DNA of 64,000 nt, taken from the IMG/VR virus record IMGVR_UViG_3300035182_002586, positions 1-64,000 of that record, one strand, 5' to 3'. Below are positions 37,577 through 46,716 of this stretch, piece after piece (within the stretch, counting starts at the first letter, position 1; each line of letters starts with the position of its first letter). The notes below the pieces were generated by a model, which was given only the letters and a program-made list of their open reading frames with translations, was not told the DNA's origin and searched no databases. The position numbers and the translations under genes are program-made.

Positions 37577-39619
37577 TCAGACCTCATCCACAATCGAGAT
37601 GTCCGTGAGTGCGTCGAGGTCGGGATCTACCTCCTCGGCGGGGGTCTCCGAACCGGTGCCGGGGTCAGCATCCGGATCGATACCCGCCATCCGAAGGAAG
37701 TCTTCCTCCGAGATGGTCTTCGTCCCGTTCTTGCGGGCAGCCTGAGCTTTCGTCGTCGTGGAGTTCGCGTCAGCCATCACGAGATAGCTGAGGTTCTTCA
37801 CGACGGAGGACTTCACGACGCCCCCGCACGCGACGACGATCTCTTGCAGCTCCGGGCGGGGACGCTTCGACGATCCCGTGAAGCAGAACGTCATCCCGCT
37901 CAGGGTGCCTTTCACCTTCTGCTTGATCTGCACGCCGGCCCCGAGAAGCTCGACGACGATTCCGGAGCTTTCTCGGAGCCACTTGTGGAGGGCCTCGGCC
38001 TTTACGGGCCCAAGACCCGGGACTGCCTGGAGTTGCTCTTTGGACGCGGCGAGCAGGGCATCGAACGTGTCGATACCCGTGGAGGTGACCATCTCGATGG
38101 TCGAGGCAGCGCAGAGGGGGATGGATAGAGCCCCGAGCAGTTGCTCGATCGGAATGGGGTTGCGCGCCCACAGGGACTTGAGGACGGCGGCCGCGCTCCT
38201 CTTGCCCATGCGCTCGATGCTGGCGATCTGGTCGGCCGTCAGGCGGTAGAGGTCCGGGATCCCCTTCACGAGGCCCGACGAGAGAAGACGCTCGACCAGG
38301 GTTTCACCCCACTCCTTGATGTCGAGGGCCTGCACGTAGCGCTTGATCCGGCCTGCCGACTGTGCGGGGCAGCTCCCGATGTGAGGGCAGACGTAGTACT
38401 CCCCCTCGACGACCACGGCCCCGCCGCACGACTCGCAGTGCGTCGGCTCGGGGTACGTCGTCCCCGTCCCCTTGGACACGGACACCACACGGGGAATCAC
38501 ATCGTTTGAGCGGGTCACGAGGATCATGGCCCCCACGTCGAACCCGATCTCGCGGATGTACTTCCAGTTATAGAGGCTCGCCTGCGTCACTTCGGCCCCG
38601 AGCAGGTGCACGGGGTCGAACACTGCGACGGGGGTGATGCGGCCAGAGGGGCCCGTCTGCTTGAGGCACCCCGTCGCACGCGTCTCGCGGGCAGGGCTCT
38701 TGAACTTGAACGCGACGGCGCCGTTCGGGCAGTTGTCCGTCTCTCCAAGGGAGATCTGGCGTGCGAGCTGGTTGATGCGAACGACGAGCCCGTCGATGTC
38801 GTAGTCGAGGGTCGCTCGCTTTGACTGCTGGTACTCGACCCAGATGTCCTGCGGCGTCCGAATCCCGGGCACCATCGCCGTGACGTACCAGTTGGGCACG
38901 AAGAAGCCGAGAGAGGAGAGCCACTCGAACTGCTCCATCTCCGTCGTGAACTCTTTGCCGTCGAGCACCTGGTAGAAGTAGACGGTCAGGTGCTCGCACC
39001 CCACGCCGTCATGACGGTGGGAGACGCCCCCTGCCGTGTTCCGGGTGTTCGCATTGTCGGGGAAGTACGTCGAGAGACGGCTCTTGTGGAGGACGATCTC
39101 GCCTCGCAGTGAGCCCGTGAAGCGTTCCGGGATGTTCGTCGGAACGCCTTCCATCTTGGCGACGTTGCGGGTGATGTCCTCCCCTGTGACCCCATCCCCA
39201 CGAGTGATCGCCTGGACGAGTCTCCCCCGCTTGTACTTGACGTGGATCGAGATCCCGTCGAGCTTCTCGGTCACGAGCAGCTCATCGAACTGCGGCGTCC
39301 CATCCAGGTCGTTCGGCGTGCGGCTGACGATCCAGGAGGTCATCTCCTCCATCGTCTTGACCTTGTGCAGAGACCCCATGGGCAGTCCGTGCAGGGCCTT
39401 AGTCCAACCTGAGTCCTCGGGGACCTTGGCGCCGACGGAGATGACCTCGGGGCTTCGGGCCTTCAGTTCCGCCAGCTCATCCTGGAGGGCATCGTACACG
39501 TCGTCGGTCATGATCGGCTGACCGTTGTGGTAGGTGTGACGGGCCTTCGCGAGCCGCTCCTCCAGCTCGCGTACGCGGTCCCCCTCAACTGCCTTCATCA
39601 GCTCTTCAAACTCGCTCAT
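37577..39619 (-). CDS. ligA: NAD-dependent DNA ligase
   Basis: KLDG, TRGDG..GEDIT, RGE, DGLVV, Zn finger, HhH, C-terminal BRCT. Confidence 0.95.
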   Translation of the reverse strand: MSEFEELMKAVEGDRVRELEERLAKARHTYHNGQPIMTDDVYDALQDELAELKARSPEVISVGAKVPEDSGWTKALHGLPMGSLHKVKTMEEMTSWIVSRTPNDLDGTPQFDELLVTEKLDGISIHVKYKRGRLVQAITRGDGVTGEDITRNVAKMEGVPTNIPERFTGSLRGEIVLHKSRLSTYFPDNANTRNTAGGVSHRHDGVGCEHLTVYFYQVLDGKEFTTEMEQFEWLSSLGFFVPNWYVTAMVPGIRTPQDIWVEYQQSKRATLDYDIDGLVVRINQLARQISLGETDNCPNGAVAFKFKSPARETRATGCLKQTGPSGRITPVAVFDPVHLLGAEVTQASLYNWKYIREIGFDVGAMILVTRSNDVIPRVVSVSKGTGTTYPEPTHCESCGGAVVVEGEYYVCPHIGSCPAQSAGRIKRYVQALDIKEWGETLVERLLSSGLVKGIPDLYRLTADQIASIERMGKRSAAAVLKSLWARNPIPIEQLLGALSIPLCAASTIEMVTSTGIDTFDALLAASKEQLQAVPGLGPVKAEALHKWLRESSGIVVELLGAGVQIKQKVKGTLSGMTFCFTGSSKRPRPELQEIVVACGGVVKSSVVKNLSYLVMADANSTTTKAQAARKNGTKTISEEDFLRMAGIDPDADPGTGSETPAEEVDPDLDALTDISIVDEV

Positions 39620-39632
39620 CGTACGGTTCCCA

Positions 39633-40028
39633 TCACGTGAGGTTGACTGTCATCCGGAGATTCACGGTGTCCCCGGGAAGGACATGCTTGGTCACCATCA
39701 GGCGGGACTCGTATACGAGGTTTCCGCCTTCCTGTGCTGTCCAGATCAGCGCTTTTTCGATCTTGCCCGTGTGGTGCATCGGGAAGGACGTTGGAGCGAA
39801 GACCAGGGTTGAACCCTCTACGGTCACAGTGGAGCTAACCCTGGGCGTGGCCTCGCACAGCCCGTCCGACAGGGACACCCACCACACACCCGTGGGTCCC
39901 ACCGAGAAGAGTGTCGCCAGCAGTTGGGGCACGACCTGTGGACCCCTCTCATCCCCGTGCTCGGAGAGAGGAGGTTCGGGGCCTCGTACGAGCGGCCACC
40001 AGGATTCGATGTCGTCTTCGACTTCCAC
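39633..40028 (-). CDS. hypothetical beta-rich protein
   Basis: GTG 14 nt after GGTGTA. Confidence 0.6.
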   Translation of the reverse strand: MEVEDDIESWWPLVRGPEPPLSEHGDERGPQVVPQLLATLFSVGPTGVWWVSLSDGLCEATPRVSSTVTVEGSTLVFAPTSFPMHHTGKIEKALIWTAQEGGNLVYESRLMVTKHVLPGDTVNLRMTVNLT

Positions 40029-40066
40029 GGGGGACGCCCGTACACCACGTGTTAGACTTCGGCGCG

Positions 40067-40420
40067 ATGTACGTGATCCTCGAACGCGAAGAGAGCGGCC
40101 GGCTGCGGGAAATTGAGAAGGCGGAAGATGCCGTTGGGGCGAGCCGCAAAATCGCCGAATGGCTCTGCATGACCGGAGCCGAGCTGCCGAACGGCAGCCG
40201 GGTCAAGGACACCGATCACGTGCTCCTCCGCGCTCTCCCCGTCCCTTCCTCCGACCTGCCCGTTGGTACGCGATCTGCTTTCGCCGCCTACCTGCTTCGG
40301 GATGGCAACGTCGTCGACGTGGGGGCCGTGCTGATCGAGAAGTGGGCGTTGATCACGCGAGGGTCGACCGTAAGCTCTGCCTCAAACGTCAGAACGCCGC
40401 GACGTCGCGACCGGAAGTAG
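40067..40420 (+). CDS. hypothetical protein
   Basis: Protein-like from MYVILER; divergent from 40028. Confidence 0.55.
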   Translation: MYVILEREESGRLREIEKAEDAVGASRKIAEWLCMTGAELPNGSRVKDTDHVLLRALPVPSSDLPVGTRSAFAAYLLRDGNVVDVGAVLIEKWALITRGSTVSSASNVRTPRRRDRK

Positions 40421-40572
40421 AGGGTCGGTGTGCGGATGCTACGTCCCACAGAGGTGGTGTGCCCACACCGAGTGTACACCATCGTGCGGGCTCTGCACGT
40501 CCCACGGAAGCGCATCGAAAGAAGTGCGAATGCTGCATTCTTCCTATGCCGTGGGATCATCAAGAGACCACG

Positions 40573-41040
40573 ATGCTGATCGACCTGACGAGAAGGATCC
40601 CAACGATCCTCTACGACGTGGAACCCACCCTCGTCGTCGTTCGCGTCCTCTCGATCGACGAGAGCCCTGCATGGGTCCGAGAGACCGGTGACGGAGTTGT
40701 CGACGGGCTCCTGACGCCCACCCTCTGGTCTTCCGGCAAGGGCAAGTCAACTTGGGCGCACCACGTCGTGCCTGCTCCCGGAAACCGAGATGAGCTGCTG
40801 ACCTACGAATGCACGACCATGCGGTTCGAGGTTGAACCCCCTCCCCAAGACGGCCCGATGATGCCCTGGGACGGGTTCGTGTCCATAGAGATGCTGACCA
40901 CCGAGTTCCACCGGGTGATCATCACGGGCCCCGATGGACTTGAGTGTCAGTGCCGCGTGAAGAATCTCTCGACGTTGGCCTCCGACGACAACGAGCCCCG
41001 CATGTCACTGTGGGAAAGACTAGGTAATTCAGACGCTTGA
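40573..41040 (+). CDS. hypothetical protein with C-terminal SLWERLG tag
   Basis: Protein-like from MLIDLTRR; shared C-terminal motif. Confidence 0.6.
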   Translation: MLIDLTRRIPTILYDVEPTLVVVRVLSIDESPAWVRETGDGVVDGLLTPTLWSSGKGKSTWAHHVVPAPGNRDELLTYECTTMRFEVEPPPQDGPMMPWDGFVSIEMLTTEFHRVIITGPDGLECQCRVKNLSTLASDDNEPRMSLWERLGNSDA

Positions 41041-41102
41041 GGTGCGGACTCGACGACCGACTGAGCCGTGTCTAGCTTGGCGTCGAACCTCGGAGGACCC
41101 GC

Positions 41103-41831
41103 ATGTACGCAACTACTACTCGCCAGAGCGCAACGCCGATCCTCTACCTTCGCCGGGTCTACGCCTGGCTCCTCGCCGGCATCGCGCTGTCGGGTCTCGG
41201 CGGGTACGCCGCGCTCAATGTGGGGTCGCCGGTCCACACGACCATCGACAGACACGACGTTCTCGTCGCCCCCGTCGTCGCGATGATGAGTGCGCACCCC
41301 ATCCTCTCGGGGTTCCTCCTCATCGCCATGACCTTCCTCACGATGGCCGTACGGAAGGCTGAGGGCATGAACGCCGTCGCCTTCTTCATGCTCACGCTGT
41401 TCGCAGGCGCGTTCGTCGCCCCGCTCATCGTCTTCGCGCAGGCAAAGGCGGCCGCGGGGACCTCCCTGACCTCCCACCCCGTACGTGACGCGTTCATGCT
41501 CACGTCGGCCGCGTTCGTCGGGCTCACGTCCTACACGATGGTGACGAAGAGGGACTTCTCGTATCTTCGTGCCGGGCTCGTGGCCGGATTGTGGGTGCTC
41601 CTCGTCGCCCTGATCATCGGGATGCTCCTCGGGTCCAGCGTGTACAGCCTCGCTGTGTCGTCGATGGCCGTCCTGCTCTTCTGCGGGTTCATCATCCTGG
41701 ACACGAGCAAGGTCTTGCGGTCGTCGGACCGCGATGATCCGGTCGGTGACGCCCTCAATCTGTATCTCGACGTTCTGAACATCTTCGTGCACCTGCTCTC
41801 GATCTTCGCAGGCGGCTCGAACCGTGACTGA
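41103..41831 (+). CDS. Bax inhibitor-1/YccA family membrane protein
   Basis: About 7 TM helices; YLRRVY, KRDFS, ILDT, ALNLYLDVLNIF; GGAGG RBS. Confidence 0.92.
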   Translation: MYATTTRQSATPILYLRRVYAWLLAGIALSGLGGYAALNVGSPVHTTIDRHDVLVAPVVAMMSAHPILSGFLLIAMTFLTMAVRKAEGMNAVAFFMLTLFAGAFVAPLIVFAQAKAAAGTSLTSHPVRDAFMLTSAAFVGLTSYTMVTKRDFSYLRAGLVAGLWVLLVALIIGMLLGSSVYSLAVSSMAVLLFCGFIILDTSKVLRSSDRDDPVGDALNLYLDVLNIFVHLLSIFAGGSNRD

Positions 41832-41837
41832 ACAACG

Positions 41838-42029
41838 TCACGCCTCCGGGGGTAGAAACCCCCGGGTGACGAGAACGGCACCGTCCGGAGAGAAGACCCG
41901 GGCTTTGCCCTTCGTGCTGAGGAAGTAGCGGAGCATCTTCTCGGGGTCGTCGAACGTCCTGTCCGCCTCTCCTGGCTGACGAACGAGGTACCCCTGGAGA
42001 ACCCTACTCGGGGGTTCCGACGTGCTCAC
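41838..42029 (-). CDS. small hypothetical protein
   Basis: Protein-like C-terminal part of the 41838..42638 frame; start uncertain. Confidence 0.4.
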   Translation of the reverse strand: MSTSEPPSRVLQGYLVRQPGEADRTFDDPEKMLRYFLSTKGKARVFSPDGAVLVTRGFLPPEA

Positions 42030-42957
42030 GTCCAGCCTCGTACGCGAAGAGCAGGTGCTCGAACATCGAGTAGGGGTTGGGGTCACCCTCGGAGAGACGG
42101 AGAGAGAACCCGGCGGCCTTCGTGTGGCCTCCGCCACCGTGGGACCGTGCGAACGAAGAGCAGTCGAAGTTCGTGTGTGATCGCGTGGAGAAGACCAGAA
42201 TCCGCTTCCCGTCCTCCACGCGATAGGAGAACCCGACCACGAGGTCGGCCTCTTGGTCCAGGGTCTCTGCGGCGAAGGACGAGTGGGACAACCCCTCGAA
42301 GAGGACGACCCTCGTACCGTTCGTCGTCGTCGTGAAGCGATGCGCCTCCGCGATGGACTTCGAGGTCCTCTTGTCCTGGCTCGCGATCTTGGCCTCGCCC
42401 ACCCACTTGAACCGGGTGTCCCACGAAGCCGCGATCTCGGAGAACGGGAGCTGGAGCCAGAAGCTCTGCGTCGGGAAGGTGAGGATGGCCTGCTGCACGC
42501 GCGCAGCCTCCCACTCGGGGCTCTGGCGCTGCCACGTGTCGAAGACGCCTGCGAGCATCGCGAACCGCTCGGCGAAAGCACTCTGCTTCCCCATGGGCTT
42601 GCAGATGTGCTCGTAGACGAGACTTGCCCCGCAGACACCGGGCTGCGTCTTCTCGTCGCCGAAGCGACCGTTCTCCCCGAAGGACTCGACCAGGGCTTTC
42701 GCGGTCTTGTGGTGATCGAGAACGATCGAGCCGGCTTCTACGAAGTACCTTGCCCGATCAGGGTGCGGTGAGAAGTCGGCGAACAGGATGCCGGCCTCCG
42801 CCTTCATGAGCTTGTGAGCGTCCGTCGAGTACTGGACGAACTCCACCGTCGCCCACGGAAGAGCCTCGTGCGCGAGGATGGCGCTGGCCGTCCCGTCCGC
42901 GCAATTGTCGTGAACCACGATCTTCGTGACGGCCTTGAGCTTTTCGAGATCGAACAT
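42004..42957 (-). CDS. DHH/DHHA1 phosphoesterase (NrnB-like)
   Basis: H..C.DG, DFS, LDHH, DTW, GGGGHTKAAGF. Confidence 0.85.
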   Translation of the reverse strand: MFDLEKLKAVTKIVVHDNCADGTASAILAHEALPWATVEFVQYSTDAHKLMKAEAGILFADFSPHPDRARYFVEAGSIVLDHHKTAKALVESFGENGRFGDEKTQPGVCGASLVYEHICKPMGKQSAFAERFAMLAGVFDTWQRQSPEWEAARVQQAILTFPTQSFWLQLPFSEIAASWDTRFKWVGEAKIASQDKRTSKSIAEAHRFTTTTNGTRVVLFEGLSHSSFAAETLDQEADLVVGFSYRVEDGKRILVFSTRSHTNFDCSSFARSHGGGGHTKAAGFSLRLSEGDPNPYSMFEHLLFAYEAGREHVGTPE

Positions 42958-43002
42958 GGGTGCGCCCGTACACCAGGCACACCCATGTTCGGCCCTTCTA
43001 GA

Positions 43003-43287
43003 TCAGGTCGTCGTAGAAGACGTCCCGCCGACGCTGGCTTCGATCGCGACGGCCTTCGGCGAGGGCTCCTCGAACTTGGTCTCCGACTTCGAGGTGAGGG
43101 TGGCGCCGTTCGGAAGCACGACCTCCAGCTTCAAGCACCACGACACGGGCTTCTCCGAGACCTTCTCGGCCTCCTGCATGACTTCCGCCCACGCGTCTTG
43201 CAGGTTCTTGTGGATGTCTACCTGACGCGCCTCCAGGTGCTCGGCGGTCGTCATCTTCAACGGCTCATTTTGTGCGGTCATGCCCAT
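43003..43287 (-). CDS. hypothetical protein
   Basis: GGAGG RBS; GGTGTA upstream. Confidence 0.55.
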   Translation of the reverse strand: MGMTAQNEPLKMTTAEHLEARQVDIHKNLQDAWAEVMQEAEKVSEKPVSWCLKLEVVLPNGATLTSKSETKFEEPSPKAVAIEASVGGTSSTTT

Positions 43288-43308
43288 GGTGGAACCTCCA
43301 CCCTAGGT

Positions 43309-43719
43309 CTACACCGACTCGACCGTACGACGCTGACCCTTCGAGTCGATGATCTCGACGGGGACCCCCGCAGCCAAGCAGCGCTTCACCATATCCCGTG
43401 TCCCCTTGCTGTTCACGATGTCATCGGTGAACGCGAGACACAGATCGAAGGGAAGGCCGTCCGGGCCAGGATGCTCCTTTTCGAGCATCCGCGCGTTTCG
43501 ACGCGGGCCCGCACCACGCCCCTCCCCCTCCCAATCTGCCGGGTAGGAACGTACGGTGAACCCTAGCTCCCGGGCTGCGAAGTCCGCCATGGTGTCCGCA
43601 CCACGCGCATCCCCATGGATGATGATGGACCCCTCGGGCAGCTCCGATAGACGCCCCTTCACGACGGAGCGGAAGGTGAACGTGCGAGAACCACAACAGA
43701 GGACCTTCAGAGCTTTCAC
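43309..43719 (-). CDS. DUF2493/YspA SLOG-family protein
   Basis: VLCCGSR, IIHGDARGAD, ADW...GAGPRRN..ML, SKGT.DM. Confidence 0.85.
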   Translation of the reverse strand: MKALKVLCCGSRTFTFRSVVKGRLSELPEGSIIIHGDARGADTMADFAARELGFTVRSYPADWEGEGRGAGPRRNARMLEKEHPGPDGLPFDLCLAFTDDIVNSKGTRDMVKRCLAAGVPVEIIDSKGQRRTVESV

Positions 43720-44102
43720 GGCTCGGGCTCGACGAGGAAGAACTTGGCGACATCCACAGCGCACTCGGCTGCGGTCTCCGTGGAAGCACGAGGTCCCGTG
43801 AAATGGAAGGGCGTGTACGGGCCGGTACCCTCGATCGCGGCCTCGTACTCACCGAAGGTCCGGATCGCCCGAAGCCGCTCCGACACGATCTCTTTGATGG
43901 CTTCCCCACCCCACTTCGGGAACGCACGGAAAACCCTCGACCAGTCCTTCAACAGGTGGAGGTAGACAGGTGCGTCCGAAGCGGGCTTCAGGTCAGGGCT
44001 AGCGTTCGACCCAGGGGGCAAGTCCCACGTGAGAACGGCGACGTTCATGACCTCCCCGCGGTTCAGGTCGCCGAACTGTGCGACGATGTACCGGCAGGTC
44101 AC
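43716..44102 (-). CDS. DUF3037-like protein
   Basis: YIVAQF.D..RGEVMNVAV, FT.PR, F.VEP pattern. Confidence 0.55.
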   Translation of the reverse strand: MTCRYIVAQFGDLNRGEVMNVAVLTWDLPPGSNASPDLKPASDAPVYLHLLKDWSRVFRAFPKWGGEAIKEIVSERLRAIRTFGEYEAAIEGTGPYTPFHFTGPRASTETAAECAVDVAKFFLVEPEP

Positions 44103-44821
44103 TACCGAGCCTCAAGGGCAAGCTTCTTCGCCCGGATGGCGTCGACCAGTGTGTTGCGGAGTGTCTGGCTCACCACGCTGTCGATGTCCTTCTTGCTCTG
44201 CTGGTACCACAGAGCGAGCGTATCCAAGCCGTCCACCGTCTCCAGCTCCATCAGAAGGCGCCGCTGCACGTCGTACTCCCCGAACTGCGCCGGGGGCTTC
44301 TTGAACTCCTCCGCCCCCTTCCCCGAAGCAGCCTCCGGGACCTCCTCCAGACGGCGGGTGATGTCCGTGGCGAGCCGGAGAGCTTCGATCCCCTGGTTGA
44401 GGGCAGCCTGAGCCTGCGTGGCAGCTTCCTTGTTCCCCTCGAAGATCGAGTTGGCGAGGGCGCGCAACGCGTCGAACGTCGCCATGAACGCCGTGAACTG
44501 CGCCTGCGTCTTGAGCCCTGGCATCGACATCCGAAGGGCCTCGACCATCATCTGGTTCGGGTCCGGAGCCGGCTGTGCCGGGGCCTCCACCGGGGTGGGT
44601 TCCGGTTCCGGCTTCGCTGCTGCGACCTCGGCTTCGATCTCGCTCAGAACCTCTTCCCCGAGGAAGGACGTGAAGATCTTCCGTGCGAGTTGCACCCCTC
44701 CGGGCCCTTGCCGGATGAACTCGCGCGCATAGTTGCGTGAAGCCGCCATGAACGCGTCCTCCCCCTTGGCTTGACGGAGGCGTTCAAGTTCACGCAGCAA
44801 TGAGTCCATGTGGTCGGCCAT
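44102..44821 (-). CDS. hypothetical helical protein
   Basis: GAGGG RBS; packed operon. Confidence 0.7.
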   Translation of the reverse strand: MADHMDSLLRELERLRQAKGEDAFMAASRNYAREFIRQGPGGVQLARKIFTSFLGEEVLSEIEAEVAAAKPEPEPTPVEAPAQPAPDPNQMMVEALRMSMPGLKTQAQFTAFMATFDALRALANSIFEGNKEAATQAQAALNQGIEALRLATDITRRLEEVPEAASGKGAEEFKKPPAQFGEYDVQRRLLMELETVDGLDTLALWYQQSKKDIDSVVSQTLRNTLVDAIRAKKLALEAR

Positions 44822-44835
44822 CGAGCCCTCGTTCC

Positions 44836-45132
44836 CTAGGAGAGTCGTTTCCCGCTCTTCTCGATGAAGAGCCTGTACACCTGGTCGGCAGCGGCCTCCG
44901 GGTCTCGGTGGCCTTGGGCCCGGAAGTTCGCCACGGCGAACCCCCGCATCAGCCTCGCCCCTGCTTCTCTGTCTCCGAGGATACGCCAGCACGGCTTGCA
45001 GTAGATGTACTCGTCACGTGGGGTCTGCCCGAGCTTTCGAACGGCTTCCCGCTCGGCCTCGTTGAGCACGATGACCTCGCACTCTTGACGAGGCTTGTCA
45101 CGACCACACACGCTGCACTTGAGGAGGGACAT
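44836..45132 (-). CDS. small Zn-finger protein
   Basis: CSVC...CKPC. Confidence 0.65.
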   Translation of the reverse strand: MSLLKCSVCGRDKPRQECEVIVLNEAEREAVRKLGQTPRDEYIYCKPCWRILGDREAGARLMRGFAVANFRAQGHRDPEAAADQVYRLFIEKSGKRLS

Positions 45133-45774
45133 CTAGATCTCCCCTCCGTACCCCTTTGCAATGGTCTTGTCGACGTCACCAACTTCGACTTCCCCCTCCT
45201 CCACCTTTTCCGCGAGGAGAAGGGCGTAGGGAAGAGGTGTCAGCAACCGGTGCACCCCAAGACGACGAAGCACCTCCGTCTCCGCGGCCTCGAAGTCCCG
45301 GAGAGGTTCTTGACGAGGGAGGATGTCCGTACTCGATGCGATGTGGTGCGGATGACACTTTTCTGCATCACCGATCGAGAAGACCGTCCGACACGACACC
45401 GGGCGAACGTCGTACGCACTGCACAGACCCGTCGGAGTCAGGAGTACACAAGGAAGTGCTGCGAGCATCCACACCTCGAAGCTCAGCCCGGCAGACTTCT
45501 GTGCGGCTGCCTGACACGCCGCGCGTAGCTTCGGGGTCCACATCCCGCGTGAGACCAGGTGACGATAGAGGAGGAGACCCTCCATTACACTCACGGCCAC
45601 CGGGTGCAGACAGCAGTTGTGACACCCCTTACGACACGACAGAGGGGGGCCTGACTCCTCCTCCATCGTCATACCGAAAAGTGTCTGCTCGAACTCCGAC
45701 CCGATACGCCCCTGTGCCTCTCTCACCTCGGCAAGAGCGCGTTCGACGAGCAGGGGTAGGCGACGGCGGATCAC
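45133..45774 (-). CDS. YkgJ/CxxCxxCC cysteine-cluster protein
   Basis: CRKGCHNCC, PC.LL...LCSAY..RP..CR. Confidence 0.85.
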   Translation of the reverse strand: MIRRRLPLLVERALAEVREAQGRIGSEFEQTLFGMTMEEESGPPLSCRKGCHNCCLHPVAVSVMEGLLLYRHLVSRGMWTPKLRAACQAAAQKSAGLSFEVWMLAALPCVLLTPTGLCSAYDVRPVSCRTVFSIGDAEKCHPHHIASSTDILPRQEPLRDFEAAETEVLRRLGVHRLLTPLPYALLLAEKVEEGEVEVGDVDKTIAKGYGGEI

Positions 45775-45789
45775 GAGGCCCCCCGGTGT

Positions 45790-46314
45790 CTAGTCGTCGT
45801 CTTCTTCTGCATCGCCTTCATCCTCCAGTATCCGGTCGATCTGCTCGTAGGGGTCTGTGATCGGAGCGGGGCGTTGCCGCGCTTCCTCCGCCCTCTTCGT
45901 GATCTCACCCACGGTCACCAGGGGACGACGTACATCGACTCGTACAAGACCTCGCGCGAACTGGCCCGCGAGCACTTCACCGACGGAGAGCCTGAGGTCG
46001 GGGTTGACGAATACCGCCGAGGTCCGCCCCCCGATCGTCGTCGGAACGAAGTCGTACAGGGGGCGAAGTGGCTCCCCCTCGCGGAGAAGCGTGACGAAGG
46101 CCCCGTGCTTGATCTTTGAGGTCAAGTGCAAGATGGGCCAGTCTGCGGGGAGGTCCGCGACGATAGCGCACAGGTCGGGGTTGCGATCCGAATTCGACCT
46201 GATCTCGACGTAGCCCTGTACCGTCTCTACGGAGGCCACCCCCGTTCGACGATCGACGTGGCGGACAACCCCGCGCCGACCCTCGAAGTCGATGAGTTCC
46301 CCCGCTTTCAGCAT
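45790..46314 (-). CDS. hypothetical protein
   Basis: SH3-like N-terminus; acidic tail. Confidence 0.65.
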   Translation of the reverse strand: MLKAGELIDFEGRRGVVRHVDRRTGVASVETVQGYVEIRSNSDRNPDLCAIVADLPADWPILHLTSKIKHGAFVTLLREGEPLRPLYDFVPTTIGGRTSAVFVNPDLRLSVGEVLAGQFARGLVRVDVRRPLVTVGEITKRAEEARQRPAPITDPYEQIDRILEDEGDAEEDDD

Positions 46315-46682
46315 GGGAGAGCCTGCGGGCCCAAGAGGGTGGATGCCCGGAACGAGAGGATGAAGTCCGAGACGAGCTGCTGGAGCTGCTCAGCCTCGAT
46401 GCGCTCACCGAGGCTCTCGACCACTCCGCTACATGCTGCATACAGGGCTTCCCCGACCACACGTACGAGAGTGTCGTCGTCCGGCTTGTTGGCCTCGCAT
46501 TCAGCCACCCAAGAGGCTTGTGCCTCGCTCTGGATGGCCTCCTCCAACGTCAACATGCTCCACCAGACTCGCTCGTTCGCTCCGCCCTCCGTGAGCTTAG
46601 CGGCGAAGGTGTGGCGGCGCAGACGGCTCTTGAGGAGCTGCCGCGCCGCCATCATCAGCGAGGTCTCGTTCATGTCTTCCAT
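46308..46682 (-). CDS. hypothetical protein
   Basis: Same-strand packed ORF. Confidence 0.6.
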   Translation of the reverse strand: MEDMNETSLMMAARQLLKSRLRRHTFAAKLTEGGANERVWWSMLTLEEAIQSEAQASWVAECEANKPDDDTLVRVVGEALYAACSGVVESLGERIEAEQLQQLVSDFILSFRASTLLGPQALPC

Positions 46683-46716
46683 AGGACACCGGAAGGTGGT
46701 CCCGAGGAGAGACTGA

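Noticed and set aside
40436-40579. 47-aa basic ORF MLRPTEVVC...
   Set aside because: Fills a gap but has no motif or clear start signal; too weak to list as a feature.
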